Source of the DNA: Cyanophora paradoxa CCMP329
Lineage: Eukaryota; Plantae; Glaucophyta
Direction of reading: 5' to 3'
Assembly (NCBI GenBank): GCA_004431415.1
Contig: QPMI01000655.1
Span: 124,001 to 188,000, forward strand
DNA length: 64,000 nucleotides
A model generated the notes under the pieces. That model was not told where the DNA came from. It searched no databases and saw only the letters and a list, made by a program, of their open reading frames with translations. The position numbers and the translations under genes are program-made. How positions within the stretch are numbered: the first letter of the stretch is position 1; each line of letters begins with the position of its first letter. Of this stretch, positions 46,601 through 58,400 are shown one piece after another.

Positions 46601-48852
46601 CAGGGGCAGAGGGGCGCGGGGGCGAGGCCCTCCTCGAGGGTCTCGAACGAGGCGCCCAGGGCGGCGGGGCTCGGGTGCCGGTGCCGCGCCGGCTCCCCGC
46701 GCCCCGCCGCCTCCGCCAGCTCGTGCGCCTTGAACGCCGTGTGCAGCAGCTGCCCCGCCGCTCGGCGGCGGCCGGCGCCGAGCGACGAGGCAAGCGAAGC
46801 CCGGGAGACGCACCTCGTGGGAGAGGGAGCTCAGCGGCTGCCCGAAGAACCTGGCCGAGATCGAGGGCGCGGGCACTTGAGAGGGAGCTGGGAGCGGGCG
46901 AGGCGGAGGGCGGGACGGGACCTGGCGTAGAGGCAGCCGACGGCCGGGTTCTCGTGCGAGCGCCGCACCGTCGCCCGCTCGTCCGCCCCGTAGATCGCCG
47001 CAGCCCGCCGCTTCGCGATCCCCTTGTCCCGCGAGCGCGGCGCCCCGGGGCCGCTGATGCAGCCTTGCGGGCACAGCATCACCTGCGCGCGGAGAGGGAG
47101 GCCTGGGCGGTCGGCGGGGGGCGGGGCAGCGCGCGGGGAGGAGGTCGGGCGGGGCGGGTGCCTCGACGAAGTGGTAGTCGGAGGCGCCGGCGAGCGCCTT
47201 CTTCACCACCCGCTGGATGCTGCCCCGCCTCTCAGGGGGCGACCGGGGGCGCGGCGCAGGGGCGGGGGGCGGGGGGCCGGGCCTGTTGACGCCGCAGACG
47301 ACGCAGTACTTGAGCTCGGGGAGGCCGGGGAGGCCGAGGGGCACTGAGCCCTCCTTGACGCCGAAGAGCCCGCGCGCGTCCCGCACCTCCACCCGCTCGA
47401 GGCGGCGGCCCGTCGCGAGCTCGTACGCGGTGCGCACGGCGGCCTCCATGACGCCGCCGGTGACGCCGAAGAGGGCCCCCGCGCCGCTCCCGCCCATGAG
47501 GTCCGTGAAGCGGCCCTCGGGGCCCTCCCCGCTGAGGGCCCCCCACTCCACCCCGCAGGCCCGCAGCAGCGCCCCCAGCTCCCGCACCGTCACCACCTGC
47601 CCCGCCTCAGCCAGCCGCACCGCCGCCCCTGCGGGGGGGCGCGGGGCGCGCACGTGGTCGACCCTGTGGCGGGGCCCCTGCAGGGGCCCCCGCGACGCCT
47701 CCAACCGCTTCATCTGCCGCCGTCGAGCGCGGCCGGTCGGGGCGGGCCGGGGGCGGGGGGAGGGGGCGGGGGCGGGCACGAAGCAGGGGACGACGCTGGT
47801 GACGACGAGGCGGTCGGGGTCGACGCCGGCGGCGGCGCAGAAGGCGGTGCGGGCGATGGAGGCGGTCATCCCCTGCGGGCTCTTGCACGTCGAGAGGAGC
47901 GGGATCACCTCCGGGCACTCCTCCGTCACCATCGCCTGCCCTGCCTCGCCCCCGCCGCCGCCCCCGCGCGGCGAAAGTTGAGGCGCGGCCGCGAGCAGCA
48001 CGGGCGGGGCGGCGCACATCCAGCGCAGCAGGAGGTGAACATGGGGAAGGGCCCGCCGTTCTTCACCCTGCGCGCCCCGCGCCGTCCGACGCGGCCGGAC
48101 ATCACTGCAGACCGGGCGTACCGCTGGAGCAGCTCCGATGCCTCCTCCATAATCTGAGGGGCCCGGGGCCCGATCAGTCGCGGGTCTACGAGCGCGTGGC
48201 CATGGCTGCCGTGTACCGTGACGTCGGCGCCGAAGCGAAGATCGAAGACGAAGTCAAAGCCGACGCGGCGGAGGGCCTGCACGAGCTGCTCCGGTCGCAG
48301 CGCCCCCGGCGGCACTGCGCGGCGCAGCTCGAGGTATGGCCCCCGCCGGCGGGCCGGGTTCGCGGCGAGCGCTGCGGTGCGGGCGGGCGTACTCCCGAAC
48401 TCCTCAGGGATCGAAACAAACGTCGTAGGCGCGATCTGGTCGGTGTGAGGCGATCTGGTCGGGGTGGCGGCCAGGGACAGGACATACCATAGCAGCGTGC
48501 AACTGAAGAATTCGAAGGGCGCGGGGCGCGCGAGTTTGAAATTCAGCGCGCGCGGCGGTGCGCGGGCAGAGAAGAGAGAGGGCGCGGCGACGCTCAGGCA
48601 CGGCTCGCCTTGCCCTCCTCGCCTTTCCGCTCGAGCTCCTTCATCACCACCGCGGCCTCCTTCTTGAGCCTCGCAGACGCCGGGACCGCCGCAGCATCGG
48701 CACTGGCGCGTATTCGGTTATAATTAGGCGCCCGATGTACCGTGTAACACAATATTAATTCGCACGATATTAGTCGTGCACCGTTGTTGTGAGTCGTGCA
48801 GCTTCTCGGCTGGCTGCAGCTCGCCCGGGAGGACCGCTTTGATGGACTCCAT
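43699..48852 (-). CDS. hydA: [FeFe]-hydrogenase / diflavin reductase fusion, copy 2
   Basis: Same motifs as copy 1; some frames broken in copy 1 are intact here (e.g. GPFPMFTSCC, NAEGVARQL). Confidence 0.92.
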
Positions 48853-49056
48853 CCTGTCGTACGCCTCGATCGAGCGCTCGCTCCTTCACAGCATCACAAA
48901 ATCGAATTTGATCGACTTTGTTGGGTACAGCATTGCAGAGGTCCAGCCCTTTGGCCTTGAGCTCGGCCCTTTGGGTTGTCCAAGCTGTCTTTGGTCAGCT
49001 AAGCGTAGTACGGTCCCGGTAGCAGCGCGGAGGCCCGCGGCCCCGCGCGGGCCGCC

Positions 49057-51100
49057 ATGCTGCCGCGGATCAATGTGAAGTCTCGTGGTCAACCGCCTTC
49101 GCGGCAAAGCCAGCCGCCAGCCTCGGATTCCGTACTTACCCCGCGCCGACCTGGGGTCGCATCCCGTGCGGGTCCTAGGGACGTGCTGGAGCTGCGACCA
49201 GATGCCTCGCCCGTGGCCGCCGGTCCCACAGGCAAGAGGCCAGCGAGCCGTGTCGTCCCCAGAGATCCTCGGAGAGCGCCACAGAGCGCCGCTCCCTCAG
49301 CGCCAACGAGGCAGGCGAAGCCGCCGACGAAGCAGCGGTCAGAGTCAGCGCAGCCTAGCGTGTACTACAAGTTGCAGAAAGAGAAGAGCCGCGGCGGCGC
49401 GCAGGCGAAGAACCCGCGGCTGCCGAAGCTGCCGGGAACCAGCAACACCATCGCCGGCCTGCCATCGCTGACGTTCCATAACAGCTACAGCAGCAGCACC
49501 ATCGATGAGACCGTGGAGGAGAGCGCGAGGCTTGCGCAGTTCTCCACAAAGCGCGGTCCGGATCCTCCCTCCGAGTGTCCGCGCGCCTCCGAGTGCCGGC
49601 GAGAGCTGAGGGCCCCGCAGGTCCCCCGAGCATGCAGGCGTTCGTGGAGGGGCCGGCGCCGGCGCAGCGCAGCGACACGCCGCCGCACGCCTCCTCGCGG
49701 AGGCGGAGCTCGGCGGAGATCGTGGAGGACGAGCTCGAGGCGAGCGCGCTCACCCCGCGCTCGCCCCGCCCCGCACCCCGCGCCTGACGCGCGCGCACGC
49801 ACGCAGATCCCCGAGATGATCGACATGCGGGACAGCGTGGCGGGGCTCGTGCGCAGCGCGGAGCGGCGGGCGGCGGACGCGCGGCGGCGGTCGGTGGCGC
49901 GGGGCGCCCGCGAGGAGGACGGCTACGAGGACGACTTCGAGCCGGAGGAGGCGGCGCCGCCGCCGGCGGGGCTGCCGCTGGGCGTGGCGGGGCCCGACGC
50001 CCCCGAGATCGAGTGGGGGGAGGTGGAGCTGGGGCAGCGGGTGGGGGTGGGGAGCTTCGCGCACGTCTTCCGGGGCCGGTGGCGGGGCCGCGAGGTCGCC
50101 GTGAAGCGCTACATCGTCACCGAGGAGTCCCTCCCCGAGCAGCAGCTCCGCCAGTTCCGCCGCGAGGTCCGCACCGCCCCCGCGCCCCCCCCCCGGGGCC
50201 CCGCCCACGGGGGCGGCGGGGGCAGGCGGGGATCATGCGGCGGTGCGAGCACCCGAGCGTGATGCGGATGCACGGCGTGTGCACGCGGCCGGTGATGGCG
50301 ATCGTGATGGAGTTCTGCTCGGGGGGCTCCCTCCAGGCCCGCCTCCGCGACCCCGCCTGCCGCATGACGCGCCCCCTCGTCTACCGCCTCGCCATCGCCG
50401 TGGCGGAGGGGATGGCGTACCTGCACGCGCAGGAGCCCCCCGTCATGCACCGCGACCTTAAGCCCGCCAACGGTGCCCCCGCCCCGCGCACCGCCCGTCG
50501 CCGGCCGCGGCGTGACTCGCTGAGTGGCAGTGATGCTGCGGCGGGACGGGTCGCTGGCGATCGGCGACTTCGGCCTCTCCATCGACGTCGGCCGCGTCTC
50601 CACCGCCAGCATGGCCGCCATGGGCACCCTCGTCTTCTCCGCCCCCGAGGCCCGCCCCCGCCCCCCGCCCCCGCCGCGCGCCGCCGCCGCCGGCGCGGGC
50701 TGAGGCCTGCTGGCAGGTGGTGCGGCGGGAGCGGCCGGGGCTGGCGGCGGACGTCTACTCCTACGGCATGCTCCTCTACGAGCTCCTCTTCCGCCGGCCC
50801 CCTTCTCCGACACCCCCTCAACCCCTCAGTCCGCCCCGCCCCGCCCCGCCCCGCCCCGCCGATTCCCCCCTCCCGCCTCACGCCCGGCCCCGCGCAGTCG
50901 CGGCGGTACGGGCGGCGTACCACGGGGCGCGGCCGTCGCTGGCGCGGGCGCCGCTGCCCGAGCTGGTGCCCCTCGTGGAGTCGTGCTGGCACGCCGAGCC
51001 GGCCCGCCGCCCCTCCTTCGTGCGCATCCTCGAGACCCTCGAGGGCCTCCGCGACCGCCGCACCCTCGGCAGCCGCCTCGGCTCCCGCGGACCCTCCTGA
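49057..51100 (+). CDS. TKL (Raf/MLK-like) protein kinase, copy 2
   Basis: EIEWGEVELGQRVGVGSFAHVFRGRWRGREVAVK, FRRE, HPSVMRMHG, MEFCSGGSL, GMAYLH, HRDLKPAN, DFG, APE, DVYSYG. Confidence 0.92.
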
Positions 51101-51315
51101 CCCCAGTACTAGTTCTTCTTCGCGAGTAGTGTGTACAGGACGCCGCTAGTGCTTTTTCTTGTTGCTCTAGGCTTTTTTCTCTCGAATAGGCGACTCCGGC
51201 GGTTATCGACACCCCAGTGCGGCTGCGCATGCGCGTTGCCTCTTCGTGCGCGGGCACTTACTCAGTGATTGCGGGCGTTTGGTTCGAATTCGTTGTCGTC
51301 TTATGCAAACGGGAG

Positions 51316-51936
51316 CTACACGTCTTTGGGCTTCAGAAAGCCCTTCTCCTTCTCCGCCTCCACCTTCTCCGCTTTGCGCGCCTTCTTGCCTATTCTGCGC
51401 AAGGCGCGCAAGACTGGCGTCAGCGCCCGCGCGGATCACATTTCCCCAACCAGGCGGTGCGCACCTCTGCGCCATTTCCTCGACGGAGACATCCTGGCCC
51501 TCGTCGCCCACCGTGGGCTGCGCCGGCGCCTCGACGACCTTCGGCTTCATCTCGAACCTGGGGGGCCGGACCGGAGGCGAGATCGGTCAGAGCTGGCGTG
51601 CCCCCGCGGGGAGGGCGGGCGGCGCGTACTGGGGGTTGAATTTGCCGAAGCTGCGCCTTCCTATCGCCTCCTTCGGTTTGGCGAATGGCTCGTGTTCTCG
51701 CTCCAAGCTGCGGGCGATCGTCGACGAGCTGTGAGGCGTGGCGCGCGCACGCGCACGCGCACGCCGGCGGACCTGACAGTGCCGGGCTTCCTTCCAGGCC
51801 ATTGCGTTTCCTGGGAAGATGCGGCGGCTTTGCTGGAAGCTGGCTCGGACGCTTTGACGGTCCCGCCCGAGTCGCGCTTCTTCTGCATGAACTTGAGCTG
51901 GAGCGTGTTGCTCGATAGCTTCTTGCCGTCCGACAT
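51316..51936 (-). CDS. MPHOSPH6: M-phase phosphoprotein 6 (exosome cofactor MPP6)
   Basis: KLSSNTLQLKFMQ, GRRSFGKFNP, DVSVEEMAQR and C-terminal FLKPKD match recalled MPP6 motifs. Confidence 0.8.
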
Positions 51937-52427
51937 CTTTAGCTAATCTTTAGCTGAGCAATCCCGCCGGCCTCCGTGCGTTCCACGATCGTCTTCGGTC
52001 TCCGCTGGCGAACCGCTGAAGCTGGGCTGTTTTGGCGAAGAGAGCGCACTCAGATCGATCTTCTGCAGCTGGCGCGCGCTGATCGGTCGTGAGGAGCTTG
52101 GCCTACGGCAGCTTACAGGCCGAATTCGCTGACTGCAGCGCTCGCTGAGGATCAGAGGAGCTAAAGACCGATCTAGTTATTTTCGCTTTGAAAGATGGCG
52201 GCCGCCGGCGCAGCCTCGGGTTGGAGTCGGCCGCAGTCAGGGGGTAAAGGGAGTTTCGTTCGCTTGACCGGCCTCTCCCTCGCCCGTCGCGTGGAGAAAT
52301 CGAAATTTCACAGATTCCTAACATCGCTGACCCTGTGACCCAAGAAGCGCACTAATCGAAACTACCTAGCGGAGGACGCTGCAGCTGACAGCGAAAGCCT
52401 GCACAATGGGAAGGGAGGGGGAAGGGC

Positions 52428-55400
52428 TCAGAACCAGGGGAGCCAGGAGGGGTCCATGGCGGCGTGGGTCTGCGGGGAAGAGGCGCGGGAGAGGAGCTCG
52501 AGGGCGGCCCCGTGGCGCGACTCGACGGGGCCGGCCGCCTTGGCCGGGGGCGGGGCCGCCGCCGCCGCGCTCGAGAGGGCGTGCAGGCGCGCCATGATCG
52601 CCGCCGCCCGCTCCTCACCGGCCACCCGCGCTGCCGTCGCATCCGCGAGCGGCAGCGTCGCCTGCAGGACGGGGGGCGGGGCTCCGGGAGGGCGCCTCGC
52701 CGGGGGCGGCATCGGGGGCGGGGCGGGGCGGGGCGAGGCCGTAGAGCTTGCTCCAGACGAGCTCGTCGCGCGCGTGCAGCACGAAGAAGTGCGTCGTCAC
52801 CGAGTGCAGCTGCCGCCCCGCCGCCCCGTCAGCGGGGGGCGAGGGGCGGGGGGCGGGGGGCGGCGGGGCGCGCCTTGGGCTTGACGACAGCGGTGGCGGC
52901 GGAGCAGGCGACGCCCACGAAGACGCCGTCGGCCCCCGCGGGGGTCACCAGCGCCGAGAGGTTGCGGGTGAGGCGGAAGGGGGCGGGGGCGGCGGCGGGG
53001 CTCGCGGGGACGGGCGCCGGCTGGGCCTCGAGGGCCTCGCAGGGCCCGATGGCGGCCGGGGGGAAGTAGTCGGCCGGCAGGAGGGCCCCCGTGGAGCGGG
53101 AGAAGGGGAGGCGGTCGGGGGCCCGCGGGCTGCTGCCCCCCTCCAGCGCGTGCTCCAGCAGCGCTGCGCGGGGCGGCGGGTGAGGGGCGAGGCGGGGCGG
53201 GGCGGGGCGCAGGGGCGAGGGCGGGCACCGTGGAGGGCGAGGTGGCGGGAGAAAGTCTTGCGGAAGGCGAGGAAGGTGGTGAGGGCGGTGTGCGCCGACG
53301 AGCGCCCCGCCGTCTCCAGCACGTACTCCCGCAGCATCGTCTCGGGCAGGCCGGCGGCGGCCGCGGCGAGGGCCGCCGCGCGCCCCTCGGGGGAAGAGGC
53401 GGCGGCGGAGGCCTCGCGGAAGCGGGCGACGGGGGCCTCGGGGTCGACGCCGCGCCGCTGGCAGCCGCGCTGGTACGCGTCGTAGAGCGTCGTGTGCGCC
53501 CCGGGCACCAGCGCCTCGCCCACGAGCCGCGCGCTGTGCGCGAGGGGCACGCAGGCGGGGACGGCGAGGGCGAGGTGCCGCCGCCGCGTCTCGACGTGCT
53601 TCTCGAGGACGCGGTTGAGGAGGCGGGAGAGGTGCAGCTGCCGCTCGTCGGCCGCACGCCGCCCCGGCGCCACGTCCGTCTGCACGCCGAACGCGTAGCA
53701 GCGCCCGTCGCTGCCGCGGAGGACGATGCGGGCGTGGCCGGCGCGCGTGGGGCCGACGCAGATGCCCTGGGTCGGGGAGAGGGCGGCGGCGGCGGCGGGG
53801 CAGGGGCCGGGCGGGGCGGGGAGGGGCCGGTAGCCGGGGCGGAGGAGGAGGACGGTGGGCTCGACGCGGTCCACGCGCACGTGGTGGTCGGGGGCCTGGT
53901 CCTTGTCCTCGAAGTACTGCCCCGGCACCTCCAGCGCCAGCTCCCCGCCGGCCCCGCAAGCGGCCCCGCCCCCGCCCCCTGCGCCGCGAACGGCGCCGCC
54001 CCGGCCCCCAGCGCCGCCGCCGAGGCGAGGCTGGCGTGGTTGGCGAGGGCGTGCGGGGCGGCCTGCGTGGCGAGCGAGGCGAGGTGCCGCGAGGCCTCCT
54101 CCAGGCGCACGCCCGTCGGGAGGGCGGCGCACAGGCCCTCGAGGTGCGCGCGCCACTTGCCGAGGCGGGCGGCGAGGGCGCCCAGCGAGGCCGGCGCCGG
54201 GGACCACTTGCCGGGGCACAGCTCCGCCTCCATCGCGTCCCGCACCGCCGCAGGCACGGCCCCCGCCTGCGGCGCGCGTGAGGGGCCGGCGGGGAGGGCG
54301 GGGGCCGAGGGGCGCACGGGGTCCGAGTCGGAGGCGGCGAGGGGCGCTCGGGGGCGGGCGGGCCGGCGGGGAAGGAGAGGAAGAGGGCGGCAAAGTCGGC
54401 GGCGAGGGCCGGCGGCAGCTGCGAGGCCGCCGCCGCGTCCGGGAGCGGGAGGGCGGCGAGGCGGGCGGCGAGGTGCGAGGCGGCGGCGAGGAGGCGGACG
54501 AGGGGCGGGGCCGGAGGGCGTGCACGAGGGAGGTCGCGAAGCCGTCGAGGGCCCGCACCGTCGCCGGGTGCCCGTTGTAGAGCTGCGCCATCATCTCCTC
54601 CGGCAGCGTCGCCCCCGGCAGCGTCTGCATCGTCGACGACGGCGCCGCCGCCCGCTCCGCCGGGGCCGCGGGGGCCGCCGAGGGCGTCGGGCTCGCGCTG
54701 GGCGCCGTCGGGGAGGAGGCCGGCGAGGCCGGCGGCGGCGGCGACGCTGCCGGCGACTGCCCGGGAGCCCCGCCGCCGCCCCCGCCGCCGGGGCCGCCGC
54801 AGGGGCAGCGGCGCCGGCCACGGCCGTCGCGCCGGCGGAAGGGTGGGCCGGAGCGGCGGCGCCCGGGGCCGGGGCCAAGGCGGAGGCGGAGGCCGGGGCG
54901 GGAGGGGCTTCCGGGGCCGGGGGCGGCAGGGCGAAGAGGCTGAGGAGGGGCGGGACGGGGCAGGCGTCGGGCCCGGCGGCCTCGGGCTGCCCGAGGAGCG
55001 CCGAAGCGGGAAGCGGGGCGGCGCCGGCGGCAGCGGCGCGGCGGTCGAGGATGTGGGCGCGGAGCGGGTAGAAGAGGCCCTGGGGGAAGACGTGGGCGAT
55101 CTTGACGAAGACGGCGCGCAGGTGCGGCCCCTCCGGCAGCGACGAGGCCTGCACGAGGTGCGGGAGCCACTGCACCCACGCCCACGCCGGGATCTGCTCC
55201 GCGTACTTCTCCACCGCCCGCCCGATCGCCCCCGCCGGCGCTGGCGCCTGCGCCTGCACCGGCGCCGCGCCGCCGCCCTCGATCTTCACGGCGGGGGCGG
55301 GGGCGGGGTCGGGGGCCGCGGGGTCGGCGGGGGCGGCGGTGCCGGCGGAGAGGAGGAGCAGGACGCGGGCGAGGAGCATGCGGGACTTCTCCGCGCCGTA

Positions 55401-58400
55401 GCGGACCCCCTGCAGGTAGCAGTTCACCGCGTACTCGCCCCACATCGCCGAGCCGCCCTCCCCGTAGCGCGCGTCGCAGTACTGGCCCCACTGGGTCCAC
55501 GCGCGGGGGAACTGGTTGTGGAGGGAGAGGGCGGTGGAGTAGGCGACGTGGGCGTGCTCGGGCATGCCGAGCATGCGGAGGCACTCGGCCTTGAGGAGGA
55601 ACATCTCGGCCTTGTGGAGGGGCTGCGGGAAGCGCTCCACCTCGGGGGTCGACGTGATGAGCTCGAGGCCCTGCTGCAGCGCCTCCGCCGTCGCCACCGC
55701 CATGCAGCTCTTCACGTTCTCCTTCAGCTTCACGTACACGTCCGCCAGCACCTCCTTCTCCTCCCCCGCGCTCCCCGCCGCCGCCTGCCCCGCCGCCGCG
55801 TTCGCCGCCGCCAGCGCCTGGCCCGGCGTCTGCAGCTCCATCGGCATGGCGATCACCGCCTGGCAGACCTGCGGCGGCGGTAAGGAGGGGGCGACGAGGG
55901 GCGGGGCGGGGCGGGCGGCGGCTCGCCTCGGGCATGCCGTGGTGGCGGGCGACGTGGGCGAGCTTGTTGCGCGCCGCGCACACCTGCGAGTGCCCGATGG
56001 TCGCGAGGTCGACCCCCTGCGCCGCGGCGCCGGCCCCCGTGAGGGCCCGGCAGTGAGGCAGGGGGCGGGGCGGGGCGGGGCGCACGGAGCGGACGGGGGC
56101 GGGGAGGGCGAGGGCGGCGTTGCCGACGAAGGAGAACATGTGCTCGCGCCACGTGAGGATGTCGTTCCAGAAGGTCATCTCGTCCCACTTGTTCGGCATC
56201 CGGTCCTTCCACGTCGAGAGGATCGCCTTGAGCTCGGGCAGCTGCGGCGCCGCCTGCATCCGGTTGATCTCCAGCACGATGTTGATCGACTCCTGGACCT
56301 CGACGAGCTGCTGGGCGCGCTGGAGGAGCGGGAGGGCGGCGTCGACGAGGAGCTCCTGGAGGCCCTGCCAGCGCTGCATGAGCTGCGTGAGGCCCGACTG
56401 GCAGTGCTGCTCCGCCTCCGCCAGCTTCCCGTCCACCACCGCCAGGAACGCGTGGTACGTCCGCATCGAGGGCGAGTCGGTGCCCGTCTGCAGGGAGAGC
56501 TGCCCCGCCCGCGCGAGCAGGTCGCCGAGCTCGGCCCACGCGGGGACCTTCCACAGGCACTCCCCCAGCATCTTCGTGTGGGAGACCGACTTGGCGAACT
56601 CGGCGAGCACGTCCCACTGGCTCAGCTGCCGCCCGCACTCGATCCACTGCTCCTCCCACAGGCACAGCTCCCCCTTGGAGGCCGCCGGGCCGGCCGCTGC
56701 TGCTGTCGCCGCCGCGGCGGGGCCGGCGAGGGGCTGGGCGGGGGCGCCGCCGCCGACGCCGGCGCCGCCGGACTGGAGGCGGCCGATGGCGGCGAAGAAG
56801 ACCTCCTGGGCGCGCTGGAAGTGGCCCTGCTGGACGAGGGCGAGCCCGTGGCGCGTCTCCTCGCAGGCGCTGCGCGAGCGCCAGAGCCCCGCCAGCACGT
56901 CCTCCTCCCGCAGCTCCTTGTACAGCTCCGCCAGCTGCTCGAACGCCTTCTCGTCCACCCCGCCGGCCCCCGGCGCCACCGACGCCGGCAGCGGCGAGTG
57001 CGTCGGGGTGCCGGCGCCGAGCGGGGGCGCGGGGCCCGGGTGCGGGGCGGCGGACGCCTCGAGGAGGGGCAGGGCGAGGTGCCAGGCGTTGTAGCCCTTG
57101 GCGAGGAAGCGGACCGAGTCGGGGGGCAGGCGGAGGGCCCCCTCGCAGCGCAGCACCGCCTCGAGCATGCACTGCACCACGTTCGGGCGCAGCAGCCGCT
57201 GCTTCTGGTTGAAGTCCCGCGAGAGGAGGGCGTGCAGCGGGCGGGCGAGCCCCGAGGCCTCCTCCGCGGTGAGCTGCCCGACGAGGCGGGCGAAGAGCGG
57301 GGGCCAGAGGTGGTAGGCGAGCTCCTTGTCGAAGTGCGCGAGCTCCGAGACGCTCTCGAGCAGGGGGCCCAGCCGCACGGCGGCCGCCTCGCGCACGAAG
57401 GAGCCGTGCGCCGCCAGGAGGGCGCCCAGCGAGGCGGACTCGGCGGGGGAGGCGGAGGTGCGGAGGGCGGGGAGGCGGGCGGTGGTCGGCTCGAGGCGGG
57501 CCGGCTCGTCGGGGGTGGCGGGGAGGGCGCAGAGGAGGAGGTCCGTCGCCTGCTTGATCCAGAAGGTGTCGGCGAGGCCCTCCCACTCGGGCGACTCCAG
57601 CACGTACAGCAGCCGCTGCAGCGCCGTGCTCCCCGAGAGCAGGTTCCGCACCACCTCCCCCAGGAACCGCCGCCGGATCGACGGCTCCTCCTGCCGCAGC
57701 GCCGTCAGCAGCGCCCGGTGCGTCTTGTCCAGCACCTGCGCCGGCGGGCGGGGCAGGGAGGGTCAGAGGCGGCCGGGTGCGGGGCGAGGGGGCGAGGGGG
57801 ACGAGGGACGCGCCTCGCGCTCCTTCTGGAGGGTGACGGGGTCGGACCAGAGGCGGTAGACGACCTCGTAGACCTTCTCGTTGACGCGGGCGTTGCGGAT
57901 GCGCTCCGTCTGCGTGAGCTTGGTGACGAACGAGACCTTGTCGGAGACGCGCAGCACGAAGGGCGCGTCGCCCTCGCGCAGCAGCAGCCACTGCCCGACG
58001 AGCTCCGCGATGTCGCACAGCAGGTCCGCCTGCGCCGCCCCCGCCCCTCAGCGGCCACGCACGGCGCCGGGGCGCGGCAGGGCGGCGCACGTGAGCGGAC
58101 TGCGTGAGGACGCCGGCCAGGATCCCGAAGAACTGCTTCCGGTACGCGTCCCCCTGGCTCGCCGTCCCCGCCACCGGCGGCGCCGCGGGGCCGGGCGGCG
58201 GGGAGCCGCCGGGGGCCGGCGGCGGCGGGGCGGCCGGGGCGGGGGCCGGCGGGGGCATGCCGTGGACGGCGGAGAGGTGGAGGACGCGGCGGCCGATGAT
58301 CTGGATGATGAGCTGCAGGTGCGGGACGACCACCTCGTTGTTCATCGCCGTCGCCGTGTTCGCCTGCTCCGCCTCCTTCGCCGCCGCCGCCCCGCCGGGC

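Larger units (their letters stand above)
41581..51473. repeat. Tandem segmental duplication, copy 2
   Basis: Matches 31691-41552; preceded by a 28-nt insert at 41553-41580. Confidence 0.95.

Noticed and set aside
52428-53800. Degenerate kinase motifs in the PIKK domain as a novelty
   Set aside because: Expected, since TRRAP/Tra1 is a known pseudokinase.
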